The notes below the pieces were generated by a model. The model saw only the letters and a list, made by a program, of their open reading frames with translations. It was not told where the DNA came from and did not search any database. 37,307 nt of DNA from Candidatus Peregrinibacteria bacterium (GTDB lineage: Bacteria > Patescibacteriota > Gracilibacteria > UBA1369 > LOWO2-01-FULL-3), in NCBI GenBank assembly GCA_016235895.1, contig JACRIB010000014.1, positions 1 through 37,307 on the forward strand, in the 5' to 3' direction. Shown here one piece after another: positions 8,942-18,647 of the stretch. Position 1 is the stretch's first letter, and each line of letters starts with the position of its first letter. The position numbers and the translations under genes were made by a program.

Positions 8942-9934
8942 TTATTTTAGGGAGTGTTGACATTCGCAAACTGTAAATGCGGCTACACTGACAATGTCTT
9001 GCCAGCTGCAACCGCGAGATAATTTGTTTACAGGTTTTTTTAATCCTTGCAAAAGTGGTCCGATGGCTTTTGCTTTTGCCAATCTTTCCACTAATTTATA
9101 GGCGATGTTTGCGGCTTGCAGATCAGGAAAAATCAACACATTGGCCTCGCCTTTTAGTGGTGAATTGGGACATTTTCGCTTGGCAACTTGTGGTACCAAG
9201 GCCGCGTCTACTTGCAATTCACCATCTGCCAGCAAGTCCGGTCGGCGATCTTTCAGCATTGCTACTGCTTCGGTCACTTTGTCGACCAAAGGATGTTTGG
9301 CAGAGCCTTTGGTGGAGAATGAAAGCAATGCTATTTTTGGCTTCAATCCAAACATTTTTGCGGTTTCAGCCGTGTCGATGGCGATGTCTACAAGATCATG
9401 GGCGTCTGGTTCTATAGTTATAGCAGCGTCGGCGAAAAGCAGTGGTTTTTTGTGTAAAACCATGAAAAATATGCCGGAAACTTTGTGGAATTTTTCGCGT
9501 GTTTTGATAATTTGCAACACGGGACGAATGGAATCTCCAGTGGGATGTGTGGCTCCGGTGATCATGCCGTCGGCGTCGCCAAGCTGGATCATAATGGTGC
9601 CAAAATAGTTTGGGTCTTTGATTAGATTATGTGCTTCTTTTGGCTTGAGGCCTTTGTCTTTGCGTAGTGCGTATAGGGCTTCGCTATATTTTTTTACCAG
9701 CGATTTCTTTGATGGATCGACGATTTTTACTTTGCTCCAATCCATTTTTATTTTTAATTTTTTACAAAGTTTTTTTATCGTTTCGCTGTGACCGATTAGA
9801 ATCGGGTAGGCGAATTTTTCGCTCACTATTTTTGCAACTGCCACTAAAATTCTTGCGTCGTTCGTTTCAGGAAAAACGATATTTTTTGGGTCTTTGAGAG
9901 CCAGGGATTTCACTTTGCGCAAAAAATTTTGCAT
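8942..9934 (-). CDS. pta: Phosphate acetyltransferase
   Basis: IVFPE, ADGMITGA, ALLSFSTKGS, DGELQVDAA, ANVLIFPDL, GPLLQGL.KPVN.LSRG. Confidence 0.96.
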   Translation of the reverse strand: MQNFLRKVKSLALKDPKNIVFPETNDARILVAVAKIVSEKFAYPILIGHSETIKKLCKKLKIKMDWSKVKIVDPSKKSLVKKYSEALYALRKDKGLKPKEAHNLIKDPNYFGTIMIQLGDADGMITGATHPTGDSIRPVLQIIKTREKFHKVSGIFFMVLHKKPLLFADAAITIEPDAHDLVDIAIDTAETAKMFGLKPKIALLSFSTKGSAKHPLVDKVTEAVAMLKDRRPDLLADGELQVDAALVPQVAKRKCPNSPLKGEANVLIFPDLQAANIAYKLVERLAKAKAIGPLLQGLKKPVNKLSRGCSWQDIVSVAAFTVCECQHSLK

Positions 9935-9964
9935 GGATTGGAGGGACGAGGAAAATTAAGTCTA

Positions 9965-10660
9965 TTATATCTTATTTTTGGATTTTTTCAATTTTCTATA
10001 AAAATTTTGCCAAAAAAGTTGTCCAAAAAATCGAATAATGCTCAAATAACTGGTTGGTTTGCTGGAAATTTTCATTTTATTTTTACGCACTGCTTCGATA
10101 AATGATCGTGGGTCTTTTTTGGCTTCTACAAATGTAAAACCATTGTCGAGGTGAGAAAGAATATGGCAGTCAGAAGTGGCGATCAAGGGTTTATTGAATT
10201 TTTTGGCCAACTCGATAGCTTTTTTATTATAGTTTTTTGTTTTTGTGTAGGCCCAGGAAATTTCGATGGCGTCGAAAAGCGCAATATTATCAGTTAAATC
10301 CTTTTTTAAACATTCATTTGTAGGGAAAAAAGGATGAGGAGCGATGATTAGGGTGTCACAATGATTTTGTCGATAGTTTGAGAGTTTTTTGAAATTATTC
10401 ACATTCAAAATATCAGCATGAGCGTTGATAGCGAGAATATGTTTACCATTAATTTCAAATTCGATACCCGGCAATAATAAAATTCTTTTTTTTGCCGCGT
10501 ATTTTTGCAATTTTTTGTTAAACAAAAGTCTGCGATGCAGAGTGATGCAAAGTACATCGTAATCCAGTCTTTTGGCCTCATCTATAAGCTTTTTCGGGCT
10601 ATAATTAATATGATCAACAGGATCGCCGTAACAGTGGCAGTGGAGTTGTATTTTTAACAT
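9965..10660 (-). CDS. PHP-domain metal-dependent phosphoesterase
   Basis: LHCH, ITLH, PGIE, APHPF, TSDCH motifs. Confidence 0.85.
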   Translation of the reverse strand: MLKIQLHCHCYGDPVDHINYSPKKLIDEAKRLDYDVLCITLHRRLLFNKKLQKYAAKKRILLLPGIEFEINGKHILAINAHADILNVNNFKKLSNYRQNHCDTLIIAPHPFFPTNECLKKDLTDNIALFDAIEISWAYTKTKNYNKKAIELAKKFNKPLIATSDCHILSHLDNGFTFVEAKKDPRSFIEAVRKNKMKISSKPTSYLSIIRFFGQLFWQNFYRKLKKSKNKI

Positions 10661-10666
10661 TGGAAT

Positions 10667-10912
10667 TTATTTTTTTGTGTCAGCGTCGGTAGACGTTACT
10701 TTTTGAATGGCATCGCCGGCTTCTTGAATTTTTTTGGCGGCGTTTTGGATATCGTTTACTTTTTGCATTGTTGTGTCGCCGACTTTTTTTGCTTCGGCCG
10801 CGGCATTATCATAAGATTTTTTGGTATCGTCAATGACCTGATTGCAGCCGGAGAGTAGTATCAAAAAAATGCTAAACAAAACTAGCAGTACTGGTTGACT
10901 TTTTTTGTTCAT
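10667..10912 (-). CDS. Small lipoprotein
   Basis: Lipobox LSGC after hydrophobic stretch; helical Ala/Lys-rich body. Confidence 0.7.
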   Translation of the reverse strand: MNKKSQPVLLVLFSIFLILLSGCNQVIDDTKKSYDNAAAEAKKVGDTTMQKVNDIQNAAKKIQEAGDAIQKVTSTDADTKK

Positions 10913-11205
10913 TTTTCGTTTGGAAATAGTTTTTCAAAGTCACCATCAAAGCGATTCAAAAAATTTTTTAAATCGAGGATATCATTTGAGGAAATTTTGT
11001 TGGGACGGAATTCCGTTTCGGCCGTAAGTACTACGGTCATGATGCTGGAAACATGGCATTTTTCACAATGTAATTCAAAAAGCCCTTCAGTTTTTGTGGT
11101 GGCGATTATATTGATATTATCTATTTTGTATGGTCCGCGGCAATGCAGACAAGTGGTGGTTTTTGTCAGATGATTGAGTGTATTTTTGATTTCCGAGAAT
11201 CTCAT
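10909..11205 (-). CDS. Zn-ribbon hypothetical protein
   Basis: CLHC...CEKC pairs; translationally coupled within the gltX operon. Confidence 0.7.
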   Translation of the reverse strand: MRFSEIKNTLNHLTKTTTCLHCRGPYKIDNINIIATTKTEGLFELHCEKCHVSSIMTVVLTAETEFRPNKISSNDILDLKNFLNRFDGDFEKLFPNEK

Positions 11206-11206
11206 T

Positions 11207-12751
11207 TCAGATTTTGTTAGCTGCTAATTCAATTCTTTTTAGGGTTTCTTCTTTGCCCAGTACCCAGGCGAGTTCGAAGACTCCGGGTGAGAATTCCAGG
11301 CCGCTTAATGCGGCACGAAGAGGCCAAAAAATCTGGCCATTTTTCACTCCAAGACGTGAAACCGTTTTCATCAGTGTTTCCCGGAGAGTTTGCAGATTCC
11401 AATTTTCAAGTTTTTCAAGGTCCTCTTTGCCGGCTTTCAATGAAGCCGCTGCCCGATTCAAGTCTACTCCCATTTTAACATGAGTCAATAATTCTTGCGG
11501 GTAGTCGGAAAGTCTGAAATAGAAGTTGAGATGGGCGAGAGTTTCCTTCGGATCCTTGAGAATTTTTTCTTCTATCGTGACCAATGCTTTTAAGAGTTTG
11601 CTCTCATCACTGGAATACTCTTTTGGTAATAAATTGTTACACATTGCGAGCAGTTTTTTGCCGCGAGTTGTGATAAATTCTTTTTCATTTTCCGGCTTGC
11701 TGAAGACAAAATTTAATTGATCTTTGCGTCCGGAAGTGATGTTGACTTGCGGGTCGATTTCTTTGGCAATTTTTTCAAGTTCGAGATTGAACAGGCGTTT
11801 TTTCCAGCGCCAGTTGAACCAGTCCAGTTTTTCAAGATTGAAAATTGCCCCGGCTTTGTGCACTTTTTCGATGGAAAAAGCTTCTTCCAGTTCTTCTAAG
11901 CTAAAAATTTCGGCTTCTTCGCCGCCACCAGGATTCCAGCCGAGGAAAGCCACGAAATTGATGATGGCCTCTTTCAAATAACCTTTTTTGATGTAATCTT
12001 CCACGGAAACGTCGCCTTGTCGCTTGCTCAATTTACTGCGATCAGCATTTAAAAGTAGTGGCAGATGGGCAAATTCCGGCGGTTGCCAGCCAAAAGCCTT
12101 ATAAAGTGCGATGTGTTTTGGTGTCGAAGGAAGCCATTCTTCACCGCGAATGACGTGGGTGATTTCCATCAAATGATCGTCCACCACATTGGCGAGATGA
12201 TAAGTAGGAAAGCCATCGGATTTCATCAAAACCTGGTCGTCGATGGTCTTGCCGTCAAATTGTACATTGCCACGGATCAAATCTTTAAATTTAATCAATT
12301 CGTAGGGCATTTTTTGGCGGACGACAAATTTTTCACCGGCTTTGGTTTTTTCCTGAATTTCCGACTCCGGCAGATCAAGGCACTTGCGATCGTACATTGG
12401 TGCCATCTTCATTTTTGTCTGATTTTCGCGCATTTCATCGAGGCGTTCTTTGGTGCAGAAACAACGATAGGCCTGGCCGGAATCGATTAGTTTTTGCACA
12501 TGTTCGCGATAAATTTCGGTACGTTGAGACTGAATATATGGCCCTTCATCGTAGGAGATGCCTACCCAAGCCAGAGTGTCTATTAGATTTTCCAGCGCGC
12601 CTTCTACGAATCTTTCGCGATCGGTGTCCTCGATGCGCAGCAAAAATCGTCCTTTATTTTTTTTGGCAAAAAGATAGCAATATAGCGCTGTGCGCAGCCC
12701 TCCTACATGGAGGTAACCGGTCGGTGACGGGGCGAAACGAGTTCTAATCAT
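11207..12751 (-). CDS. gltX: Glutamate--tRNA ligase
   Basis: RTRFAPSPTGYLHVGG, RIEDTD, YHLANVVDDH, HVIRGEEW, KLSKR. Confidence 0.97.
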   Translation of the reverse strand: MIRTRFAPSPTGYLHVGGLRTALYCYLFAKKNKGRFLLRIEDTDRERFVEGALENLIDTLAWVGISYDEGPYIQSQRTEIYREHVQKLIDSGQAYRCFCTKERLDEMRENQTKMKMAPMYDRKCLDLPESEIQEKTKAGEKFVVRQKMPYELIKFKDLIRGNVQFDGKTIDDQVLMKSDGFPTYHLANVVDDHLMEITHVIRGEEWLPSTPKHIALYKAFGWQPPEFAHLPLLLNADRSKLSKRQGDVSVEDYIKKGYLKEAIINFVAFLGWNPGGGEEAEIFSLEELEEAFSIEKVHKAGAIFNLEKLDWFNWRWKKRLFNLELEKIAKEIDPQVNITSGRKDQLNFVFSKPENEKEFITTRGKKLLAMCNNLLPKEYSSDESKLLKALVTIEEKILKDPKETLAHLNFYFRLSDYPQELLTHVKMGVDLNRAAASLKAGKEDLEKLENWNLQTLRETLMKTVSRLGVKNGQIFWPLRAALSGLEFSPGVFELAWVLGKEETLKRIELAANKI

Positions 12752-12809
12752 GGGCAGAGTATACAGAAATATTTTTCGCTAATAAATAGCCAAGTAAAAA
12801 GTAGAGTAG

Positions 12810-13484
12810 AATGTTGCTGGAGGTGATGGAGAAATTTACAGCATGGAAAATTGTGATGCCGGTTTGGTTGTCGAGAGTGTAAAAGTTTTGCCTTTCAATG
12901 GTGATCTCACAAAGCAAAAATTCCTTTATGAATACAAATCCAAGCCTTTAAAAGATATTGTTTTTCAGATGCTGAAATTCAGTAAAAATAATTATGCCGA
13001 GACGTTGGTGAGGACTTTGGGGCATGAAGTTGGAACTGGTGGAAGTCAGGCTGATGGAGTGAGTGTTTTGAATGATTTTTTTGCGGAAATCGGCTTGGAT
13101 GAGGGTGAAGTCAGTGCTTTTGATGGTTCGGGTTTGTCGCCGTCTACGCGGGTGACGGGAGAGGCTATTTTGAAATTGTTTGATTTTGTCGATCAGCAAA
13201 GTTGGAAAGATATTTTCTGGAATTCTTTGCCGGAATCGCAAAAAGATGGAACGTTGAAATACCGTTTTGACACTGCCGGATTGAAACATCAGGTTCTTGG
13301 TAAAACCGGAACTCATGAATTTTCCTCCAGTCTTTCCGGAAAAATTTTGAAGGATGTAGATGGTGGCAAAAATATTCTTTTCAGTATTCATGTTTACAAT
13401 CATCCGTTTACGACGGAGGAGAGTGTGGTCAGGGTGCGCCCGATCATTGATAAGATCGTTGCTTTGCTGGATCAGCAGTTTTAA
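12810..13484 (+). pseudogene. dacB: N-terminally truncated D-Ala-D-Ala carboxypeptidase/endopeptidase (PBP4, peptidase S13)
   Basis: SKN (SxN), DGSGLS, GTL..RF and GKTGT present; no SxxK nucleophile motif or signal peptide; frame open only from 12810, first ATG 12843. Confidence 0.65.
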
Positions 13485-13566
13485 ATTCGGGATTGTCCCC
13501 AGCCCTAGTCAAAAAAAGCTTTTTTCGGTATATTCTTGTAGTCTAATAATTCTCTAAGTTCCACAA

Positions 13567-15825
13567 ATGGGCAGGAGACACAGAAGAAGGCGCGCGTCCA
13601 TGACTATTAAGGTCAAGCCGTCGGTGGCCAAAGAAATTTGGGCAATTATATATTTGGTTCTTGGCATTATTTCCGCCATGAGTCTCAAAAGTGATTTTGC
13701 GTTGCCCGGTACCGGATTAATTTTTGATTTATTGGCTCCGGTTTTTGGGTGGGGCGTGTTTTTGGTACCGGTGGTGTTTTTTATGATCTCGGGAATTTTG
13801 TTTTTTTCTAAAAAAGTTAATTTTGGAACGGCGCGACTTGTGGGTTTGGTGATCATGCTTATTTCGGCTTTGAGTGTCATTCATTTATCAGTTCCGGCGG
13901 ATAGGATTCATAATTACGCGGCGCTGGGAAAGTATGGTGGTTACGTTGGTTTTGTGACAAATTTTTTAGTTTTGGAAGTTTTAGGCGTGGGTAGAATGAC
14001 GGCGACGATTATTTTCGTGGCCACTTTTTTGATTTCTTTAATGTTGGTTTTCGAGCTTTCTTTGCGGGAAATTTTGAGTTTGATCATCCCGCAAATTAAA
14101 ATTGAAATGGTCAAAGAGTCGAAACGAAAATTGGATCCGCCGACCAGAGGACTTTTTGGTTTTGGCTTTGGGGGGAGGAAGGATGATGTGAAAGTTGGTG
14201 AGGAGGAAATGCCGGAAATCATGATTCGTAAATCGCATATTTCCGGCGGGCAAAAACTGAAAAATGGTGGAGTCATTTTTGGCGAAGAGAGCGATATGAA
14301 AGAAGAAGAAAATGATGAAGACAAGCCGAAAATTGTTATTAATGAGGATAGAGCCAAGGAGGTGGAGGCCGAGCTTTCGGAAAGTGAAAAAGAGACGGAA
14401 GAGGAAGATTATGAGTGGGAATTCCCTTCGCTGGATTTATTGAAAAGCGGGGATAGCAATGTGACCGTGGATGATAGTATGCTGATGGCTGATGCCGATA
14501 AAATCAAGAAAAAATTATCGCAATTTGGGATTGAGGTGACGATGCACGAGGTGAATGTGGGGCCGACGGTTATTCAGTATACTTTGAAGCCGCATGAAGG
14601 CGTGAAATTGTCGAAAATTACCGCGTTGAAAAATGATCTTGCTTTGGCTTTGGCGGCGGAAAGAATCCGTATTGAGGCGCCGATTCCGGGCAAATCTTTG
14701 GTAGGAATTGAGGTGCCGAGTGAGAAGCGGGCGACTGTTTATTTGCGGGAGATTTTGGAGTCGGCTGAATTTGCCGAGGCTAAGTCTAAATTGAGTTTGC
14801 CATTGGGTAGAGATGTTGCCGGTAAGCCGATTATTGGCAATTTGGAACTCATGCCGCATCTCTTGATTGCTGGCGCGACCGGTAGTGGAAAATCAGTGGC
14901 GATGAATGTATTTTTGACTTCTTTGTTGTATCAAAATTCGCCGCGAGATTTGAAATTGATCATGATTGATCCAAAACGCGTGGAGCTGAATTCTTACAAT
15001 AGTATTCCGCATTTGCTTACACCGGTGATACAGGATCCGGAAAAGGCGGCGATTTCTTTGCGTTGGCTGGTAGCGGAAATGGTGCGTAGATATAGCGAAT
15101 TGTCGCATCATCGTGTGCGAAATATTGGTGAATTTAATGACATGAGTGGCGTTAATAAATTGCCGCGGATCATAGTGGTGATTGATGAGTTGGCGGATTT
15201 GATGATGGCGGCGGGCAAGGAAGTGGAGGCATCGATTTGTCGTATCGCGCAGATGGCGCGCGCGGTTGGCATACATCTTATTATCGCTACACAGAGGCCT
15301 TCCGTTGATGTCATCACAGGGTTGATTAAGGCCAATATTCCTTCCAGAATTTCTTTTGCGGTGAGCAGTTCGATTGATTCCAGAACTATTTTGGATGGCA
15401 TTGGTGCGGAAGATTTGCTTGGTCGCGGCGACATGCTTTATTTGCCGCCTGGCATGAACAAGCCCGTGCGTATTCAGGGAATTTATGTTTCCACGGAAGA
15501 AATTGAGCGCGTGACAAATCGTGTGAAGCTTACGATTGAGCCAAAATATGACGAGGCGATTACTTCATTCGAAACTGCAAAACAGAATCTTGTGGGTGTG
15601 CCGAATTCGAAGATTAGTCCAGGGGATGCGGATGGAGAGGGAGATGATATGTATGAAGAGGCTTTTCAGCTGGTAGTTCAAACGCGCAAAGCTTCAGCGT
15701 CGTTATTACAAAGACATTTGAAATTGGGCTACGCGCGTGCAGCCCGTTTAATAGATCTGCTTGAGAAAAATGGCGTAGTAGGTCCGGCCAATGGAGCCAA
15801 GCCGAGAAGGATTTTGGTGGAATAG
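13567..15825 (+). CDS. ftsK: DNA translocase FtsK/SpoIIIE
   Basis: N-terminal TMs, PHLLIAGATGSGKS, IDELADLMM, ATQRPSVDV, GAEDLLGRGDML, gamma domain SASLLQR.LKLGYARAAR. Confidence 0.97.
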   Translation: MGRRHRRRRASMTIKVKPSVAKEIWAIIYLVLGIISAMSLKSDFALPGTGLIFDLLAPVFGWGVFLVPVVFFMISGILFFSKKVNFGTARLVGLVIMLISALSVIHLSVPADRIHNYAALGKYGGYVGFVTNFLVLEVLGVGRMTATIIFVATFLISLMLVFELSLREILSLIIPQIKIEMVKESKRKLDPPTRGLFGFGFGGRKDDVKVGEEEMPEIMIRKSHISGGQKLKNGGVIFGEESDMKEEENDEDKPKIVINEDRAKEVEAELSESEKETEEEDYEWEFPSLDLLKSGDSNVTVDDSMLMADADKIKKKLSQFGIEVTMHEVNVGPTVIQYTLKPHEGVKLSKITALKNDLALALAAERIRIEAPIPGKSLVGIEVPSEKRATVYLREILESAEFAEAKSKLSLPLGRDVAGKPIIGNLELMPHLLIAGATGSGKSVAMNVFLTSLLYQNSPRDLKLIMIDPKRVELNSYNSIPHLLTPVIQDPEKAAISLRWLVAEMVRRYSELSHHRVRNIGEFNDMSGVNKLPRIIVVIDELADLMMAAGKEVEASICRIAQMARAVGIHLIIATQRPSVDVITGLIKANIPSRISFAVSSSIDSRTILDGIGAEDLLGRGDMLYLPPGMNKPVRIQGIYVSTEEIERVTNRVKLTIEPKYDEAITSFETAKQNLVGVPNSKISPGDADGEGDDMYEEAFQLVVQTRKASASLLQRHLKLGYARAARLIDLLEKNGVVGPANGAKPRRILVE

Positions 15826-15840
15826 AGGTAAAATTTTTTT

Positions 15841-16587
15841 ATGCAAGAAAAAGGTGGTGAACATTTAGATGCACAGAAAAAGCCTTTGCCGAGGTTCGAA
15901 GATTTATCTGATTGGCTTTTAATGCTTTCTTTGAAGGAGTTTAAGTCTTCGACTTTTCGTCGCGAAGTTAAGGCTGCGGAGAAAGCTTTGGAAAAAGTTA
16001 GGATGTTAAGAAAGAAAGGCAGGCCGAAAAGGATCAGAAAAAATGCAGAAAAACTTATCACAAAACTGCTTTTTGAGACGGAAAAACATCTAGTTAAAGC
16101 GGAAGCACTGGGGCAGCGGCAAAAGGTGGAATTTGCTCGAGAAATAGAGAGTTTTAAAACTGGCAAATATAAAAATCCTAAAAAAACTGCTGAAAAAGAC
16201 TCGCACCCCGAAAGTGTAGATTGGGCTGAGGTGGATATAATCTGGCATACCAAAGATAAGCAGCTAAAGTCATGGTATGTAGACAAAAAAGATGGAGCTG
16301 GGACGTTTCTTCGAAAGCGGGATGATATTAAATTATTTGGTTTTGATTCCTTGAAGGATTCTTTACGATTTGAAAAAGTTGTTCAGATTATTTCTCAAAT
16401 TGCCAATATGTCCAACCCCTCTTACGAATCTTTTAAAGTGATTGCCGATAAATATTCTGACGATTTCGTGTATGGACATGAAGGTGCGTTGAACCTTATT
16501 TTGGCGATGCAAAGGCATTTTCCAAAAAAAGAAAAGAGTGATTCGTTTGGAAGAATTGATATTTTTTTGGTAAAAGATCAAAGGTGA
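15841..16587 (+). CDS. Hypothetical Lys/Glu-rich protein
   Basis: 248-aa ORF directly after ftsK; no recognised motif. Confidence 0.6.
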   Translation: MQEKGGEHLDAQKKPLPRFEDLSDWLLMLSLKEFKSSTFRREVKAAEKALEKVRMLRKKGRPKRIRKNAEKLITKLLFETEKHLVKAEALGQRQKVEFAREIESFKTGKYKNPKKTAEKDSHPESVDWAEVDIIWHTKDKQLKSWYVDKKDGAGTFLRKRDDIKLFGFDSLKDSLRFEKVVQIISQIANMSNPSYESFKVIADKYSDDFVYGHEGALNLILAMQRHFPKKEKSDSFGRIDIFLVKDQR

Positions 16588-16593
16588 TTTTTG

Positions 16594-16908
16594 CTACTTC
16601 GTCTGAAATCCTTCCAGCGAGTTTTTGAGGTAGCTCAGGCCGGCGAAGTAGATGACTGTGCCGAGGATGAGGGCGATGAGCATGCTCCAGGCGATTATGC
16701 GAAGTTTGGTGCCTGGGACTTTGTAGTAAAAAATGGCTGTAATTAAGGCGGCGCAGATGATGAGTCCGATCCAGATGCCGGGGATTTCAAAAACCTTTAC
16801 GGTGATGGCAAAAATCAGGCTGGTGGCAAAAACGCCGAAAAGTATTAGGGTCAGGCGGGTGAGAAAATTGGGAGGGCGGATTTCGTGGGTGGTGAGGATA
16901 GGGTCCAT
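16594..16908 (-). CDS. Small 3-TM membrane protein
   Basis: Three hydrophobic segments. Confidence 0.7.
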   Translation of the reverse strand: MDPILTTHEIRPPNFLTRLTLILFGVFATSLIFAITVKVFEIPGIWIGLIICAALITAIFYYKVPGTKLRIIAWSMLIALILGTVIYFAGLSYLKNSLEGFQTK

Positions 16909-16917
16909 GGGGATTAT

Positions 16918-17259
16918 TTAATTTAGGCTTTCTAGTAAGTTGAAAATTTTTATTTTTAATTCTGGTAGTTCTTTTTTGATAATGTTCCAGATCATTATAA
17001 AGTCTATACCAAAATATTCGTGGCTCATTACATCTCTTGTGCCAGCCATTAATTTCCAGGGGATTTCGGGATATTTTTTTCTAAATTCTTCTGGTAAGTT
17101 TTTCGTCGCCTCTCCAATTATTTCTAATCTTCTTACAACTGCGTCTTGAAGTTGGCTATTTTTTGAAAATTGTTCGTATGAAAAAGAAGCAATATATTTT
17201 TCTATATGATTTATACTATTGTTGATGTGTTCTAAAAAGACCTTAGGTTCTTTTTTCAT
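16918..17259 (-). CDS. HEPN (DUF86/HepT-like) RNase toxin
   Basis: DAVVRRLEIIGEA, PEIPW, RDVMSHEY (Rx4HxY). Confidence 0.9.
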   Translation of the reverse strand: MKKEPKVFLEHINNSINHIEKYIASFSYEQFSKNSQLQDAVVRRLEIIGEATKNLPEEFRKKYPEIPWKLMAGTRDVMSHEYFGIDFIMIWNIIKKELPELKIKIFNLLESLN

Positions 17260-17536
17260 AAATTATTTTTTGCTCTTCGAGTATTTTGGCTTTAAGGAAA
17301 GGATGAATTCCGTTATAGCTCACAAGATCGATTCTTTTGTTTAATTTTTCTTCCAGTGCAAATTTAAGTTCTAGAAAGTCGAATAGGCTTTTATTTTTCT
17401 TTAGCTTTACCAAGAAATCCACATCGCTGTTTTTTTTATTATCACCGCGAGCAAACGAACCAAAAACGGCGGCTTTTAATACTCCTTGGCTTTTAAAAAT
17501 CGGGAGAGCTTGTTTTTTTATTGCTGCTATTGTCAT
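17243..17536 (-). CDS. Minimal nucleotidyltransferase (MNT) antitoxin
   Basis: FGSFARGDNKKNSDVD (GSx10DxD); overlaps the HEPN gene. Confidence 0.9.
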   Translation of the reverse strand: MTIAAIKKQALPIFKSQGVLKAAVFGSFARGDNKKNSDVDFLVKLKKNKSLFDFLELKFALEEKLNKRIDLVSYNGIHPFLKAKILEEQKIIYEKRT

Positions 17537-17680
17537 GGTTCAAGTATAGCAAATGCAGAAGCTGAAATCAAAATGCCTCACACTACCTGTTTGTTGCTCG
17601 TTCAGGCCGCTCCGAGGCGGGGAGTTCTATGAGTTTTGCCTTGAGCAAGCCGTTTTGATTTTCGCCTTATACATTAGTGA

Positions 17681-18529
17681 TTATTTAAAATAATTTATGC
17701 CATTGCGGAAAATTTGCAGGCCGGCGCCTTCGGTGGGGAAGCGTAAGTTGGCGAAAATATCTTTCGAGTCTGTCTTCGCATTTTTTGCTAAATATTCTCT
17801 CAGAATTTTTTCTTTTTTCAGTTCCCAGCCGTCTTCATTGGTCCAGGAATTGAAGCGTTCGGGGTGGGGCATCATGGCGAAAACTTTGCCGGTTTCGTCG
17901 CAGATACCCGTGATATCTTCCATCGCGCCGTTTGGATTGGCGGGAAATTTATTGTTTGCCGGCGTGCCGTCTTCGTTTACAAATTTGAAAACAATTTGAT
18001 CGTTTTTTTTCATTTTTTCCAGCGTTGACGGTTCCACATAAAAATTTCCTTCGCCGTGGGAAACCGGTAGATGTATTATGTCGATATTGCGTGTCCAGAT
18101 GCACTTTTTTGAGATATTTTTAATGTAAATCCAGTGGCATTCGAGTGACACGTGTACGTTGCGCATGAGCGCGGCCTGGCGCTCCCCATATTTCATGTCT
18201 GTCGCGGGAATAAGACCGAGGTTGGCCATAATTTGCATACCGTTGCAGATGCCGATGACGAGTTTGTCTTGTTTTAGGAAGGTCAGGAAGTCGTCTTTTA
18301 AATTGTTGCGAATTTTGTTGGCGAGAGCATTGCCGGAACCGGTGTCGTCGCCGTAGGAAAAACCGCCGGGGAAAGCGATGATTTGGTAGTTGGAAAGTTT
18401 TTTGGCGGAGGAGATCAGATCATTGATGTGCACAATTTCCGCCTCGCCGCCTGCCCAATTAAAACACTTCGCGGTTTCTTCTTCGCAGTTGATGCCGTAG
18501 CCGGTGATGACGAGAATTTTTGGTTTCAT
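17681..18529 (-). CDS. purQ: Phosphoribosylformylglycinamidine synthase glutaminase subunit
   Basis: GINCE.ET, PGGFSYGD, GICNG, SHGEG, NPNG, MMPHPER. Confidence 0.96.
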   Translation of the reverse strand: MKPKILVITGYGINCEEETAKCFNWAGGEAEIVHINDLISSAKKLSNYQIIAFPGGFSYGDDTGSGNALANKIRNNLKDDFLTFLKQDKLVIGICNGMQIMANLGLIPATDMKYGERQAALMRNVHVSLECHWIYIKNISKKCIWTRNIDIIHLPVSHGEGNFYVEPSTLEKMKKNDQIVFKFVNEDGTPANNKFPANPNGAMEDITGICDETGKVFAMMPHPERFNSWTNEDGWELKKEKILREYLAKNAKTDSKDIFANLRFPTEGAGLQIFRNGINYFK

Positions 18530-18647
18530 GATTTCTATTTAATGTTCTTTGGATGAGAGAGTACTTGACGTGAATGGTCTTTGTTTTGTGATTCTCCGCC
18601 GTCGGGACTTTTTAATCTGTTAATTCTGACAAGTCGGGAGAGTCAAT

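Noticed and set aside
17575-17650. c-di-GMP-I riboswitch (GGCAAA...GGCCTGAAC...GGTAG on the minus strand)
   Set aside because: The GAAA-capped stem after GGCAAA and the GCAAA linker are missing; the resemblance is superficial.
18530-18647. Regulatory RNA or small ORF between purL and purQ
   Set aside because: Only a short CTGAC-aa-GTCGG hairpin and a repeated GTCGGGA; no ORF or riboswitch consensus recognised.
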